A stretch of DNA of 61,439 nucleotides, filler included, from Choristocarpus tenellus KU-1152 (Eukaryota; Protista; Phaeophyceae), in NCBI GenBank assembly GCA_964200185.2. It is 7 parts of 7 records of this genome, joined end to end, with 100 filler letters (N's around TTAATTAATTAA, not from the genome) between each part and the next. Parts side by side here need not be neighbours in the genome. Positions count along the whole stretch, not along the records: positions 44,863 to 51,786 come from CAXNAD020007048.1; positions 51,887 to 57,778 come from CAXNAD020009486.1; positions 57,879 to 61,439 come from CAXNAD020019258.1; 4 more parts are not named here. The stretch is one strand, 5' to 3'. This document shows positions 48,287 through 60,852 of the stretch, piece after piece (the first letter of the stretch is position 1; each line of letters starts with the position of its first letter). The position numbers and the translations under genes were made by a program. The notes beneath the pieces are model-generated. The model was not told the DNA's origin. It was given only the letters and a program-made list of their open reading frames with translations, and made no database searches.

Positions 48287-50270
48287 GTTGTATGACAACT
48301 GAGACCTTATCTGGAACGGAAAAAAACATACAATAGAAAGAGTGTGGCCTCTAGCCTCCACACACGGCAGACAGTGGATATGATGTATACCCTACATGTT
48401 CTCCTGGAGCTTGAAGGGGGAAAATGTAGCTTTGTTCATGTGCTTGTTGACCAACATAGACAGTACATTTTTTTGTTGGCTACAATCTTCTATTGCTTGT
48501 GCTTACCAAGTTGAAGCGCCTCGAAACATGATCTCAGTCATCCCACTAGTTTCATTTTGGAATGCTGGCACGCATCTACATGGATGGTGGACAGTGTACC
48601 AACTGGTTTGAGATCAGACCAGGCTTTCCTCTCGTTGATCTTGTAGCATGAAAGGCACAGAGTGGTTGGGGGAAGACGGAGAATCCCACGAATGTACAGT
48701 CTCCAATAGATTATCAAACTCCCATGCGTGAAAAACATAGCAGGATTGGAGTAGACGCCACTGACAAGTTGTTGGAAGGATGCACCCATAACATGAGAAG
48801 CAAAGCATATGCAGGGGCCGCCAAAGGGACATAAGAAGGAAAAGAGATTGAGAAAGAGAGGAAAGGAAGAACCATCCCTCCCTCTCTTCAACTGAGAAGG
48901 AGCAATCTGAACTGATACATTATAAATCCCTCAATTTCAAGTAGTAAGAATTGACAGTGGTCACTTGAAATGTAAGGATGGTGATAGTGAAAGGGCAAGA
49001 ATAAGGTGGCTCATGCAGAGGTGCTGACGAAATGGACTTGGGCTTGTGGATGTGATATTGTTGGTCACCAGGAGACACAGCAAGATGAAAACTCTTGCCT
49101 TCAACTTTATCAGTTGGACTACGCCCCCTTTTTCAGTGGTGGGGAAAATACAGGCACTCATGGAGTTGGGCTGGCAGTGAAGGATTCAATCCTAAACCAG
49201 GCCGAATATGAGATTGAGTGATTTTATGGATGGTTGATGAAGGTTAGATTGCTGCCGACCAGTAGTTCCACGTGGCAGCCTTGGTCATGGGTTATGTCCC
49301 AACCCATGATGCTCCAGAGACAAGGAAGGACACCTTCTGGGAATGGCTCAACACCATCGTACAACATATATCTGGAAAACATAAGCTTGTAATCCTCGTG
49401 AATGCTATTGCTCACACTGAAAGGAGAGGTGAGGGAGGGGGTGATTGCAACAGCCAGATACTTAGAAGGTATGGTTGACATGTTTTCTCAACAAGGTGAG
49501 CGTCTGCTGTTGTGTGCAGAGACAAACCAATATGTTCTTGTCATCTCCTTCTTCGTGCATCAATGAGATGCCTGTTACACAACTTAGGGGTCCACCCAGT
49601 ACCTCCTATGGAACCAGATCACCATGTTGTGTTGGCATCAGTTCATCTGCCTGATCGATTTCCTTGAAATCGTTGGTCACACAATGGTGGCAAGAAGAAA
49701 GGTCTCGTTCTCCATAGACAAGCCTCAATGTCTGATGAGCACTTGAGGACTGAATTGGCAAGGAAAGCTGTAACCAGACTTCTGCCAACAGAAACAGTGA
49801 GGGTCACAGCACGTGGAATAATAGGTATCAATGACATAGCAAAAGCATATACTACATATATATATATATATACTTGCAGTCGCAGCAGAAGAATTGGTCC
49901 CTTTTGAGCGAAAGGTACTGTCAGGAGGATGATGTGCAAGTGAGACAACCCAAGCAAGTTTCTTGGAGGCCTGGGAGGACTAGGAACTAGAGTGGTACCA
50001 ACATTGGGGGGAGAGTCAAAACGCCTGCTTAAAAAAAAAAAGGGTCATGGATGACTGAAACGGTGAGAGCATCTGTTTTCCAGGAGACCCTTCACTCACA
50101 CACCAGGAGGATGGAAGCTTGCAGTCACTTTGAAGGTCAAACTGGTTTCTATGCTCACCTGAAAGGGTTTAAATGAATTGCGTGATATTCATGGTAAGTT
50201 TGGCAAGCTCTTGAAAGATAAGGACCTCATAAACAAGCTCTGAAGCCGTAATTACGAGACCCTCATTAAT
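48287..50270 (+). mobile_element. Decayed RTE-like LINE (APE endonuclease region)
   Basis: Broken ORFs CDIVGHQET...FFSGGENTGTHGVGLAV and GYVPTHDAPETRKDTFWEWL...KLVILVNAIA match APE motifs (DI..LQET, GVG, YAPT, GDFNA-like). Many stops; boundaries approximate. Confidence 0.75.
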
Positions 50271-51786
50271 CTATTGCATAACACAACGAACTGTCTGCTG
50301 CCACCACAAACCATTGGCGGTGTAGAGTGTAGAGTGGTTTTGTGTGTGTTGACATATAGTATTAGGATTAAAGTGTATGAACAACTCTACACTTCACACT
50401 GTATGAGTGATTGAGGTGGATATGTTGTATATTGTTGTACTGCTTTCCTGAGAATAGCAGACGCTGGGATTAATGATGTCACGTACTATTATGTGTATGT
50501 GCACAATCATTAGGTGGAATTCAAGGTCAGTCCTTCAAGGAGAACTGACTCTGCTACTGCTACATCAGGTGCCCACTTCTCTACTTCTGATAATAATATA
50601 TGTACTTCGAATCATATCCTCAGTGGATTGAAGCAATGATATGACCTTCATCTCCCATCCACACCCCCCTCCTCCAAGTTTTCTGATTGTTGCAATGACA
50701 TCATGGTATGTGGAGAGTTGATTTCTTAAATTGAGATCGATTAGCTCAGTGGTTATTCATCCTAAGCGTTGAGGATATAGCAGTCGCCCCACAGTTTGAA
50801 GGAGGCTCAACCACACACATGCACCATCCCCAAGCTTGAGGAAGTTTTGTGCTGGATGGATATGATAACATGGTGCCAGCAAGTCATCATCAAAATTTGG
50901 AGGGCGATTGGATCAACTGCTGTTGGAAACGGTCCAAACAAATAAGAGGGTGAGGTTATTTAAGAAGGGCGCGGACCTTGTTGATCCAAACCATTCCAGA
51001 AAACATTTGTTTTGTTTCATGCGGTTTGTCCTGACCCTTCAAATAATTTCTTCTTATCCTTTTCCCCCCTGTACCGTACCTACTAAACAGTAGTAAGAAA
51101 ATGTAATTTGAGGCTCGTATTTTTAAGGAAATTGTTCGATCATGTAACAACAATAGAACTTTTTTTTTTTCCCCATCCTACTAATAAAGTTATGATTTTC
51201 TGACCAACTACCAACAATTTAGGGTCACAGTAGTGTTACAGCGTGCCCCTCAGAACTCACCTCCACAACAGGATGTACAACTCAGATCCAACGACCTTAA
51301 AACGACGCTATGGGGGGGTTGCCCTTGATAACAGTTTGTAGGGTGTCAGGTGTCCTTCTCTTCTTGATATTCCACTCAGTGCTTAGCTCAAAGCTCGACT
51401 CAAAGTTTTGTTCAAGATAAAAGATAAGACTGAAGGTAAAAAGGTTTGATCGTTTGACCAAAAGCCCTCTTATTATTTTCATCATCCACCCAATTTATTT
51501 GGTCTTCTATGCAACTGCTCTACACGTACTGTTACAGGCGATATATCTTGATGGCGGTTTCATAAACATCATTATGACATTGAAGTTCTAGATTTGATAT
51601 ATTTGTACTTCTTGATTATTTATTTCTTATTTGGTCATTATGGTCTCCGATTGTGATAAGACATGGTTGATCAGTTCCTTTCTTATACCATGATATTGAT
51701 GATAATCCAAGTGAGAGATCCAGCATACTTGACGACTTGTGCATCAGGAGTCCTATACGCACATCAGTATCATCTATAAGCCCGTA

Positions 51787-51886
51787 NNNNNNNNNNNNNN
51801 NNNNNNNNNNNNNNNNNNNNNNNNNNNNNNTTAATTAATTAANNNNNNNNNNNNNNNNNNNNNNNNNNNNNNNNNNNNNNNNNNNN
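51787..51886. other. Artificial contig spacer
   Basis: 44N-TTAATTAATTAA-44N. Confidence 0.98.
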
Positions 51887-51959
51887 CCAAAAATCATGAC
51901 ATGAAAAAAATGATCCCAAATGGACAGCTGCCACCCCCCCCCCCCAGATACTTTGGTCC
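51887..51959 (-). mobile_element. MITE family B, cut by contig start
   Basis: CCCAAATGGACAG...CCCCCAGATACTTTGGTCC. Confidence 0.85.
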
Positions 51960-52212
51960 AGGATGGCATACATCCTTCGTTCCAATGATGTAGTGCCTTA
52001 CTTGATCTGGTGTGCACAGACACTTAAGTCTGCTTAGATGGTGTCATCTCTATCCCATGGACACAGCATCTTCGCCTATGTAAACTCAGTTCATGCTTGA
52101 ATTTGAATGAAAATATCAAGGTGAAACAACTGAAAACAGTTGAATGGTCATGAAGTGGAAGCTGGATTTCTAAATTTTCTGGAAAGAGCTTCTGAAAAAT
52201 GCTGCCCACACT

Positions 52213-52483
52213 GAGTGAAAATATCTTAAGAGGGTATGAGTTTTGTCCTGTTTGTTCATTTGGGGTATACCCTTTTGGCTTCCCATGTTGTTTTTTATGA
52301 CGTTTTCCTACTTCGAAACATTTCGGAGTAGTAGTTAAAATGTGTACGTTATACAAAGGTTTGTCCAGAACAAGGATATTCACACTTCCTAACAAACATG
52401 ATAGACAAAATTACTTCAAAATCGCAACATTGGATTTTGGACCCCAAACAGACTCGGCTCTACCCTCTAAGATACTTTGACTC
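52213..52483 (-). mobile_element. MITE family A
   Basis: Full TIRs; 4-bp duplication CACT/CACT. Confidence 0.92.
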
Positions 52484-52596
52484 CACTTCAAGATGAATCC
52501 ATTGGTACATTGTTTCAGAGAACCTGGGTGCAAGGTATATGCCCTAACAGCATTTCCTGGCTAACATCCGCTCACTGCAATATACACTGTACATAC

Positions 52597-54309
52597 CTTC
52601 TCCGGGTTGCCTCCCCTTGGGCAAAAGCCTGGATGAACCACTCGTCCATAATGGGGGCCCCAATCTCGTCAATTTGAACCTCATCTTTGAGTATCACCTT
52701 AGGGGTAGTGCAGGAAATACGCCGAATGTCATTGGCCAGAGGCACTACTACACACTTTTTTTTCCTCGGCAAGGATCATCAGCATTAACTAAAAATATCT
52801 TGGTGAGCGAGGTGACATCAAGCCAAAGCCACTGTTAAGCTATCCTATTTTTTGCTATGCATTGCTACTCCTGTATACTAGGGGACACCAGCCCACTCCT
52901 CAGTTCTGGGAGCAACCGAAACTATCACAGTTTTATTGTGATGGGTCATCCTGCATTGCTTTCCTTCTCTTCGTTCCTGACTTGATTTTTTTTTCATAGT
53001 GCAAGTTCAAACCATTGTAGAAAAACTTTGCCAGCAGTGCAGTGCCGCTCTTGTTTACATTGGGATCCAAGCTGTAGCATTAATGACTGTTCATGCTATT
53101 TCCTAGGGTAACCTCATGCCAAATATAGGCAGGTAGGAGGTATGTAAGAAAAGCAACAATTCCCACATGCAGGATAACATGTCATCCTGTACACCTTCCG
53201 TAGAGTCAACACGATACCTTAACCCTGCACCTTTCTGAACTCCCTCAACCATCGTTGATATCAATTGTACAATAACGATTTTGTTGGTGTGTGGTAATGA
53301 AGTTGCTAGGAAACCTTCACAATGACATTGTGAGTGGAATATCTATTTTCTTATCGTGTTTCGGCATCAGACACCCTACAGTGGATCGTAGTGGGGATTC
53401 TGCATGCACCTTCTTATGATTGCTCTAAACTTGAGTATTTCTTGGATGCACTTGCCTGCACCCCACACCCATCTTCAAGAACGTCTTTTACTTTGGCATT
53501 GGGGTCCCCAATGCTGTCGCCTGCAATCTGACCAAAAATGGAAGATGATAATTAAGTTTTGTCGGTGCACACAAATACGCTGGTGACCTTCGCTATTTTG
53601 TTGAATTGGTTACAACTCACAGTATATGTGATCGTGGTGTAAGAACGGTTATATACTGTTTGTCGTTGATCCCAGCGGCTTTACATTGTCCACATGTGTT
53701 GAAAGGTTAAAGAAGTCCCTGATATATTAACCTTCTACCACCATTCATTGCAAATAAATGTTTCGAGCTTTTCTAATCGAACGAGGGGATAAATTGCCAC
53801 CTCGTTCAGCCCTGTGGGGTCTAATTCCAAACAAACTGACCGAAACAAAAACAATGACAACAGCATATACCGTGTGGAACAGGACACACCGGCTTACTAC
53901 CTTAGATATGATAGCCTGGGGTAGGGGGAAACCGGATTGGGCGTCTCGATCCTCTCGAATGCGTGAGTGTCCTCGAGGCTGCATTAGGTGGAAGCGCTGG
54001 GATGCCACCAGGGCCAACCACTTCAAGGTCTGCGATTTAAGTTGCAGAACGTGGTGTTGGATTTAGCACAGGCTATGTGGTATGCTTTACCGCGCATTCA
54101 AATACAACTTGGCCCACACGGTTGGTGCAGTGGCACACAGGGGGAACTCGAGTGTAATCAATTGTGTACGGATATTGGCAAACTCGGACTTCCATTGTTG
54201 TGTTTCGTTTTTTTTAGACCATTGGGGTCTCACAACGTCATGTCACCTGCTCCCCAGTTCCACAAGCGATGTCTATGGTGATCCCCTTCACCTCCACACG
54301 GACTTTCAT
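52597..54309 (-). CDS. Protein with Par3/HAL N-terminal-like (ubiquitin-fold) domain, first four exons
   Basis: Exons 54309-54247, 54029-53901, 53527-53456 (GC donor), 52697-52597 give MKVRVEVKGITIDIACGTGEQ|TLKWLALVASQRF...ISK|IAGDSIGDPNAKVKDVLEDGCGVQ|VILKDEVQIDEIGAPIMDEWFIQAF; all in frame. Confidence 0.75.
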
Positions 54310-54556
54310 TGTCGTCGAGTTTATGAGGGTGTGCTTCTTGGTTGCTTGATTTCGTGTTTTCCAGGTGAACTGACGAGGTGTGGTTTGCCGGTTTCATGTA
54401 ACACGAAGGAATATGTATTGTATCGTCTTCTAAAAAAACCTGGTAACACTAACCTTTATTATCGAGACTAATATCAACTCTATGTGCTGGAAGTCAGTAT
54501 TACTAATATCAAGATATGTCATGCTTTTTAACCTGGAGACACCAGGATTATGGTCA

Positions 54557-54812
54557 AGGAGGGGCCTGTCAGATTTTTGGGATGCTTCCCTAGGTCCTCA
54601 CCTTGTGTAAGGTGAAGCTAGGTTAGTAGAGGTAGCAGGGGAGTGGTGTAGTATACCTGGCAGTCAAATAGGAAATATATTTTGGAGATATATCTTTCAC
54701 GTTTACGACAATTGTTACTTTTTGGGGGTGGGTTCTGACATATGAATAGTTTTCATTGTTTTTTCCCGTGACACATCTGTAAAATGCTACTGCCCATAAT
54801 AATAAAATAATA
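54557..54812 (+). mobile_element. 3' UTR remnant of the RLE-type LINE
   Basis: AGATTTTTGGGATGCTTCCCTA...GTGACACATCTGTAAAATG...CATAATAATAAAA. Confidence 0.65.
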
Positions 54813-54837
54813 TGCTACTATAAAACCTACCATATAT

Positions 54838-55139
54838 ATGTGAAACAGATGAAAACAGGTCGACAGGTTCTTCAGACTGAAGGGGAGTGGGAAGACCCAC
54901 AGGAGGAAGGGAATGGAGAAACAAGGCAGAAGGAAGAGCAATTCCCGCAGAAGATCACTCAGGAAAGAGTGAACAAGCAAAGCGTGAACGAGGGGAGTTT
55001 GCAAGGTCCCCTCAAACCACCCAGTATTTACTCCAAGCAGATGCTAATTTCAACATGCAAAAGTAGATGTAATATAACCAACAGACGCTGAAAGTAGGTC
55101 ACCTTAAAGGTATACCTTAGTTAAAACATGACTCTCACA
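54838..55139 (+). repeat. Dispersed repeat family C, copy 2
   Basis: Matches 6516-6820 in reverse complement. Confidence 0.85.
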
Positions 55140-55247
55140 CATAACACCAGTTGTCACACACCTATTGGCAGTCACCTCTAGGATCAGACCGGTCTTGATT
55201 TTTTTGAAAGGGTTGCCAAACGAGTTAAACGACGATCAGCATATTGA

Positions 55248-55439
55248 ATGAAAGCTCTGGATCTAAGCTATCGATTTCTGGAAAGGAATTCTATCGAAAA
55301 ATTACTTCGGTAAGGTTAAGTTTGAACCGAACTTTTTCGGTACAACCTTGAAAATGTTTCGGAATGAATGATCACGACCAAAAATATTTCCTAAATAATT
55401 ACTTTGCATAACTCGATAGCCTAGATCCAGAGCTTTCAT
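55248..55439. repeat. 27-bp inverted repeat pair (1 mismatch)
   Basis: ATGAAAGCTCTGGATCTAAGCTATCGA (55248-55274) / TCGATAGCCTAGATCCAGAGCTTTCAT (55413-55439). Confidence 0.85.
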
Positions 55440-55629
55440 TTGATGTAACAGCCGATTTCAAGAATTGAGGATGGAGCTTTTCATTGAGGATAGGCTTGAC
55501 CCAAAATTGACTGGGATAAAGTGTCGATATGTATTTTTTTTTAATGACATCGTCAATGAACTCGATCGGCAACCTTTAAAAAAAAAGTCAAGATTGGTCG
55601 CCAAAACGGTACGTGGGAGGACCTCGGCT

Positions 55630-55995
55630 AAATACTGTTTAAGCCACTCACAGGACACGATTCTGGTTGAGCGTCGTGGAGAACACTGCTTGATACTTCC
55701 AAAGTACCACTGTGTACTAAACCCGATAGAGATGGTCTGGAGGCAGGCGAAGCACTATGTACAAGGCTACTGTGAGTACACGTTGCCTGGAATGAGAGTC
55801 AGCATTCCTGTCAGTCTTAAGGAGGAAGGGGGACTGTCCAGAGTAATTGTGGAGAGGTTCTTCAGGATGAGGATTGCTTACCATCTGATATATTCCAACC
55901 AGAAAGGCATGGAATCCACCAAATTGGATAGGCTGAACAAGACATTTAAGTCTCACGGGGAGGCCTGCACCTTCAGAATACCTCATTTAACTTAA
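55630..55995 (+). mobile_element. IS630/Tc1/mariner-superfamily (DDE_3-type) transposase, C-terminal remnant
   Basis: RRGEHCLILPKYHCVLNPIEMVWRQAKHYVQGYCEYTL contains the LP.Y...LNPIE..W...K catalytic-Glu motif; upstream catalytic Asp regions not seen. Confidence 0.85.
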
Positions 55996-56536
55996 CATGG
56001 ATTGTCTGGTTCAGAGGCCTGGCCCCATGAGTGAGCCTTAGTCAGCAGGTAACAACATCGCATAAACGGGAAATAATGGAAAGAGAATGGAGAGACAACA
56101 ACGCCTATGTTCTCCAGGTGAAGACGGCCTCTGGAGGCGTCAAAATCATCCGAAAGTGGCACCCCCGTGCGAACTGTACGCGCTTACTACTTGATTTAAA
56201 TATGGTCCTGTATTTCTCACGATTACTATAAGTTGGCCAACCGAGACCCATCAAATAAGGTTAAGCATGCTGATGCGATTATAACAATCGAATTTTCATG
56301 AAAAAGATTGTTGTTGATCAAAAGTTATGGGACGACAAAGTTGATGTACGAGGAGGCGAATGCCAACACTTTACCTGAAAGTAATGTTAATTCTTGGACC
56401 TTGGTGACGATATTTCAATATTCAAAAACATTACGGAACAGATAAGGGGGGCACGTATGATGTATTTTGGTTCAGTTTTCAAGATATATTTTGTTATGAA
56501 TAGAAGTTAATATTATTATCATAAAGAGTAACAGAG

Positions 56537-56608
56537 GCGCTGATAGCTCAGTGGTAGAGCAGTAGATTGCAGCTCTACGGGTCCTTGGTTCGATCCCGAG
56601 TCGGCGCT
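56537..56608 (+). tRNA. tRNA-Cys (GCA)
   Basis: Cloverleaf: acceptor GCGCTGA/TCGGCGC, D arm GCTC/GAGC, anticodon arm GTAGA-TTGCAGC-TCTAC, T arm CTTGG-TTCGATC-CCGAG, discriminator U; no intron, no encoded CCA. Confidence 0.97.
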
Positions 56609-56610
56609 TC

Positions 56611-56620
56611 TTTTTTCTTT
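56611..56620 (+). terminator. RNA polymerase III oligo-T terminator
   Basis: TTTTTT 3 nt after the tRNA. Confidence 0.8.
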
Positions 56621-57778
56621 ACATCCTAATAGATGCCACTAATCCATAGTTGGTACAAAACATACATTTTTCATATTCATACAATCGCATTTATTTTCTT
56701 TTTGGACACCAATATTTTGCACAGATGCTGTTATTAAGGGAAATTGTGAATTGTGTTATTCTGTAGCGACATGTTTCCTCAGACAAGAAGGGTGGTGAAG
56801 AGAATAACTGGGTAAGAGGGAACAGATGGACCAAGATGAACCGATACCGAGAAGGTGTAAGGAAAGGTTGGACAAGGGCAAGTGCGAAGAGTAGAGTGGA
56901 TCACGATTCAATTGGGGGGGGGCTCAAAAAGAATCTCTTGGCAAATTTGTCCCTCTAAAGATCCTCCACTGTGGAAGAGGGTTCTTCATCAGGGTTCTTG
57001 AAAAGAACGGCATGAAGGTGCAAGGTGGTACGACAATGAACAATACGAAAACGGACAACCCTACTTCCCCCACCAATCCCCCTTTTGACGGACTCAACGC
57101 CATCCAGGCATGATTCATTATTTGAGGCATGATTTGGGTAAAAGAAATAAAAGCGAGCTCTGGGAAGGTGCCACTGGTAGCGACATACTTCTGCACCGTC
57201 GTAGTATTTTACTTCAGAGACACGGAATTAATTGTAATACATTCAAATTAAGAACGTGGCATTGATGATACAGGCGAATAACGCGAGCGTTTCTTTTTGT
57301 ATTTCAACGAAGTGCAAGCGTTTGTTACACGCGAATAGCGCGAACATTTTCTTGTTATGTTTCAGGAAATACGAACATCTGTAATAGACGTAGAGTGTGA
57401 GGATTGTTTCTTGAGTTCTGACAAGTGCGAACAATATATGATATTAGTAATACATAGGTAGCCTTACAAGATAAATTATGATTTTTATAGGAGAAGCAGA
57501 GTAAGACTTGGAATTCGAACATATAATCTTACAGAATAGGTGCCAATTTCTGGAAGTTACAGAGTAAAGATTCATGACTATAGTATCCACTTAGCAGTTT
57601 GCAGACTTCATTTAACTCTTTGACTGTAGAAAACTGGTGGATGATGCTAATAGAAGGTTGATGCAGACTACCACGCTATCAGTTCTTTTTGATGTACCTC
57701 TTTGATAAAGGGAAAAGCGAGATATTGACTGAGCTAAACATCAAGCTGACACCGTACGTGGTTATCATCTATGGACCC

Positions 57779-57878
57779 NNNNNNNNNNNNNNNNNNNNNN
57801 NNNNNNNNNNNNNNNNNNNNNNTTAATTAATTAANNNNNNNNNNNNNNNNNNNNNNNNNNNNNNNNNNNNNNNNNNNN
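57779..57878. other. Artificial contig spacer
   Basis: 44N-TTAATTAATTAA-44N. Confidence 0.98.
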
Positions 57879-57948
57879 CCCTCCCCACACACCCCCGCCC
57901 CCCGTTCCTTGTTTCGTTTTCACTTTGACTATTGCTGACTGTGTACAG

Positions 57949-59354
57949 TGGAAGGAAGAGCTTAGCATGTTGGACGCTCGCGTGAGAAGAACAATCCATG
58001 CAAAGGACCAGGCAAGTAGTATTCCTGCACTCTACTGTTTTAACCCACGATCTTTTCCCACATGTTGCTTCTCGGGCTGGTTTCTATTGGTTGACCCACC
58101 AACAGGATTGTTCTCTGTTCTTTTGTGTTTCAAACACCTACCACTAATCATTAGAGCTTAGGGCTCAATTCCAAATTGTAAAACAGAGCACGAGTGGGAC
58201 AGGCATCATTCACGCCTTCCTGCTCATGTTTCTAGAACTTGAATACTGATCATCACCAAGAACAATGACATCAAACATCAAAACGTTTTGTTAAATCAAA
58301 AGGCAATGCTTTGAACAACTACAAACAAAGTGGAATACCTGTCATCTAGCATTGAACCAGTAGGGTGCATTCACTATGCAGCATAGCCTAAGTCCGTTCT
58401 ATATTTTATCATTGCATATTGCAGCTCTCTGGATTAAGTAGTGTAGATTCCACGCCTGTATGTACAGTGTATGCTAAATATACCACACACCAGGCTCACT
58501 AACTCCTCGAAGAAGCTAGATTACAATCCTCAGAAGAAAATCTTGACAATGTTGGCGTGTGGATGCTGCTGCAAGAGCAAGGATTGTCTGATTGTACCAA
58601 GCTCTGTTTGCCACAAGGTAGCTTGTCCCATCTCTCCACGAGTGGCCTGGTTGTTGTGTGAGGGGGTGTTGACCACCTGTACAGAACAGCACCAACTATC
58701 ACCAGGTCTCTCAACATGATGCTTTGTTGGAGGACAGAATAGGGGTATATAACAAATAGAGGTAAATTGGGAGATGGAAGTGAAATGGGGCCTCTTGAGT
58801 GGAATAGTTCAATTGCTCATCTACATGGACCATTAAGAAAATATGAATCTTGTCACATTTTTGAGCTTGACATGGCTGGATGACATTTGTAGATGCAAGT
58901 GCATACAAGACCATATGTTCTACTTGCATCTACAGAGTACCTTGAGATAATATCCCATATCCTCTCTTGTTTATTACAGTACACTCCAGCTCGACACTTT
59001 TTTAATACCAACCTCAACCCCAAGAGTATTCGCCTTTTTTATAATATTGATTATTTTTAAACCTTATGGTTTTGTATCCTCTCTTTCACATAGTCAATGC
59101 CACTTTGCCACAGTAGGTACAACAGTCTAGTGCAGTGCTACCCACATTATATTAGAAAATAATGCTCTAGCTACATTGATTGGCTTGCATTCATGCTCTA
59201 ATGTATATCATTGGTCCATCAGGTGATAGAAAACATGGCAAATGAGCTGGACAGGGCGCGAGGAAGAGCCGAAACAGCTGAGACACTTCTGGAGGAGTTA
59301 CAAATGTGTTTTTGTGCAGACTCAAGCTGCTCATCTCCAACAAAGGGGTCATGA
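57949..59354 (+). CDS. Last two exons of a coiled-coil protein resembling the CEP131/AZI1 C-terminus
   Basis: Exons 57949-58011 (GC donor) and 59223-59354: WKEELSMLDARVRRTIHAKDQ|VIENMANELDRARGRAETAETLLEELQ...*; similarity to CEP131 is from recall only. Confidence 0.6.
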
Positions 59355-59918
59355 TCTTTGCTTATAGGGAGGATGTTAATGATCTTGATTCACAGTTCGA
59401 GGAAACTGTTCTTCACGGTAAATGCTCTAGACCTCTGCCTGAGGACTATGTACTAGCAGGAATCATTGCTATGGAGGGGAAGGCAGGTGTAGATATATGT
59501 CACTGAATATGTACTGTGTGATCTCACACTGGCTGGCATGGTACCACTGTAAGCTCAGAAGGAGTCTGGTTTTTGTTCGAGGAACATTTCAAGACATGGA
59601 GGCACACCGCAGACTGAATGCACATAGTGTAGCATATACTGTGTTTGTATATCTTCACTTGTAGTTATCAATTTCTGGAATATGAAAAAAAAAATCATTA
59701 CACCCAAGTGTCCAAGATCCCATGTCCAATAATATCATGATGCTTCTGAGCAAAAGTCAAACCATTGCACAAAGAATGATGAAATAAAAGGATGATGGTG
59801 TGGTTTCCTCATAAGGTGCATTAAAAATCTTCCAGTCCGATCACTCTCAGGAAGTGTACATGTTACTGAGACGGCAACAAAGGACCGGACAGAGGGCTGT
59901 GGACTTGGTCAGCTTGCC

Positions 59919-60852
59919 CTATATTTCGAATAACACTCGCGGAAGTGGCTTGTTGCCCTCAAATCCCACAGGAAGGTTCTTGCGCTGTTCACCTTGCTCG
60001 TAGTTATATCTGGGGGCGAAGGTAGGGGATATTTGAAAAGGGGTTGACTGTATTGTGTAGGTTATCAATGGAATAAAAAATCGAGAGTTTGATTTAATAT
60101 ATTCGTTATTATATGTTGCGGACAGGACTATGCTACAGGACTGAATCGGGTTAGCTCACCGCAATTCCGCTTGTTGAAGGAAAAAGGACGGGTCTATTTT
60201 ATAGTGTATTTATATTCAAACAAAGAAAGATTCTGAGGTGGCAGGGGGGGGCAGGAAATTATATGGCACGAAAAGCAAGCCTATTCATCAAGAAATAGAC
60301 CATAAGTAGCATGCTGAGCCAATCGTGAGTATTTGCCCTTACAACCTCTCCTCCCTCCTCGATTTTTTCTCACTACTATTATTTCAGGTCATTACAATCA
60401 CATTCCTTTTTTTATTCTCATGGCATCTCTCCTTGGCGACGCCTCCATATATGTTGCACTAGTTCAAAGATACTCAGTGTTGCTTGAGACCACTGCCTGC
60501 CACTCTCTTCATCTGTATTTTCCTAGATTGTGAGGCGTATACACCTAGAGGTTCAATGCCTACTCTTCCCAACAGACCTACTCTCCTGACACATAAGACA
60601 GAAGGGCTGCTGCAACAATTCTGCTGCACATGCCAAAGTAGATAGTGTGTCTAAGCAAGGTTGGGTCTCTCACCTTGCCAGCCTCACAGTCCCATCCCAT
60701 GCAGTCTCAAGAGAGGTTGTGTTGGACCTAGTTTTCTCCTCGAAGGCCAAAGCGGCTTGTTCAATTTGATACCGTCTTGTGTGATCCCTCACTAGTTCAC
60801 TCACAACTTGAGCCATGTCCCCCACTTCTGCAAACACCACAGCAGAAGCATA
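59919..60852 (-). CDS. Last two exons of an unknown protein (weak resemblance to a GT-B glycosyltransferase C-terminus)
   Basis: Exons 60852-60674 and 60009-59919 are phase-2 compatible: YASAVVFAEVGDMAQVVSELVRDHTRRYQIEQAALAF...RLAR|YNYEQGEQRKNLPVGFEGNKPLPRVLFEI*. Confidence 0.6.

Noticed and set aside
49731-49770. CTGATGAG...GAAA hammerhead-like core
   Set aside because: No convincing stems I-III.
50742-50790. tRNA A-box-like TAGCTCAGTGG
   Set aside because: No B box or cloverleaf follows.
5195-57878. Recurrent palindromic TTAATTAATTAA flanked by Ns
   Set aside because: Identical 100-nt construct at six sites with stops in all frames; an artificial contig linker, not biology.
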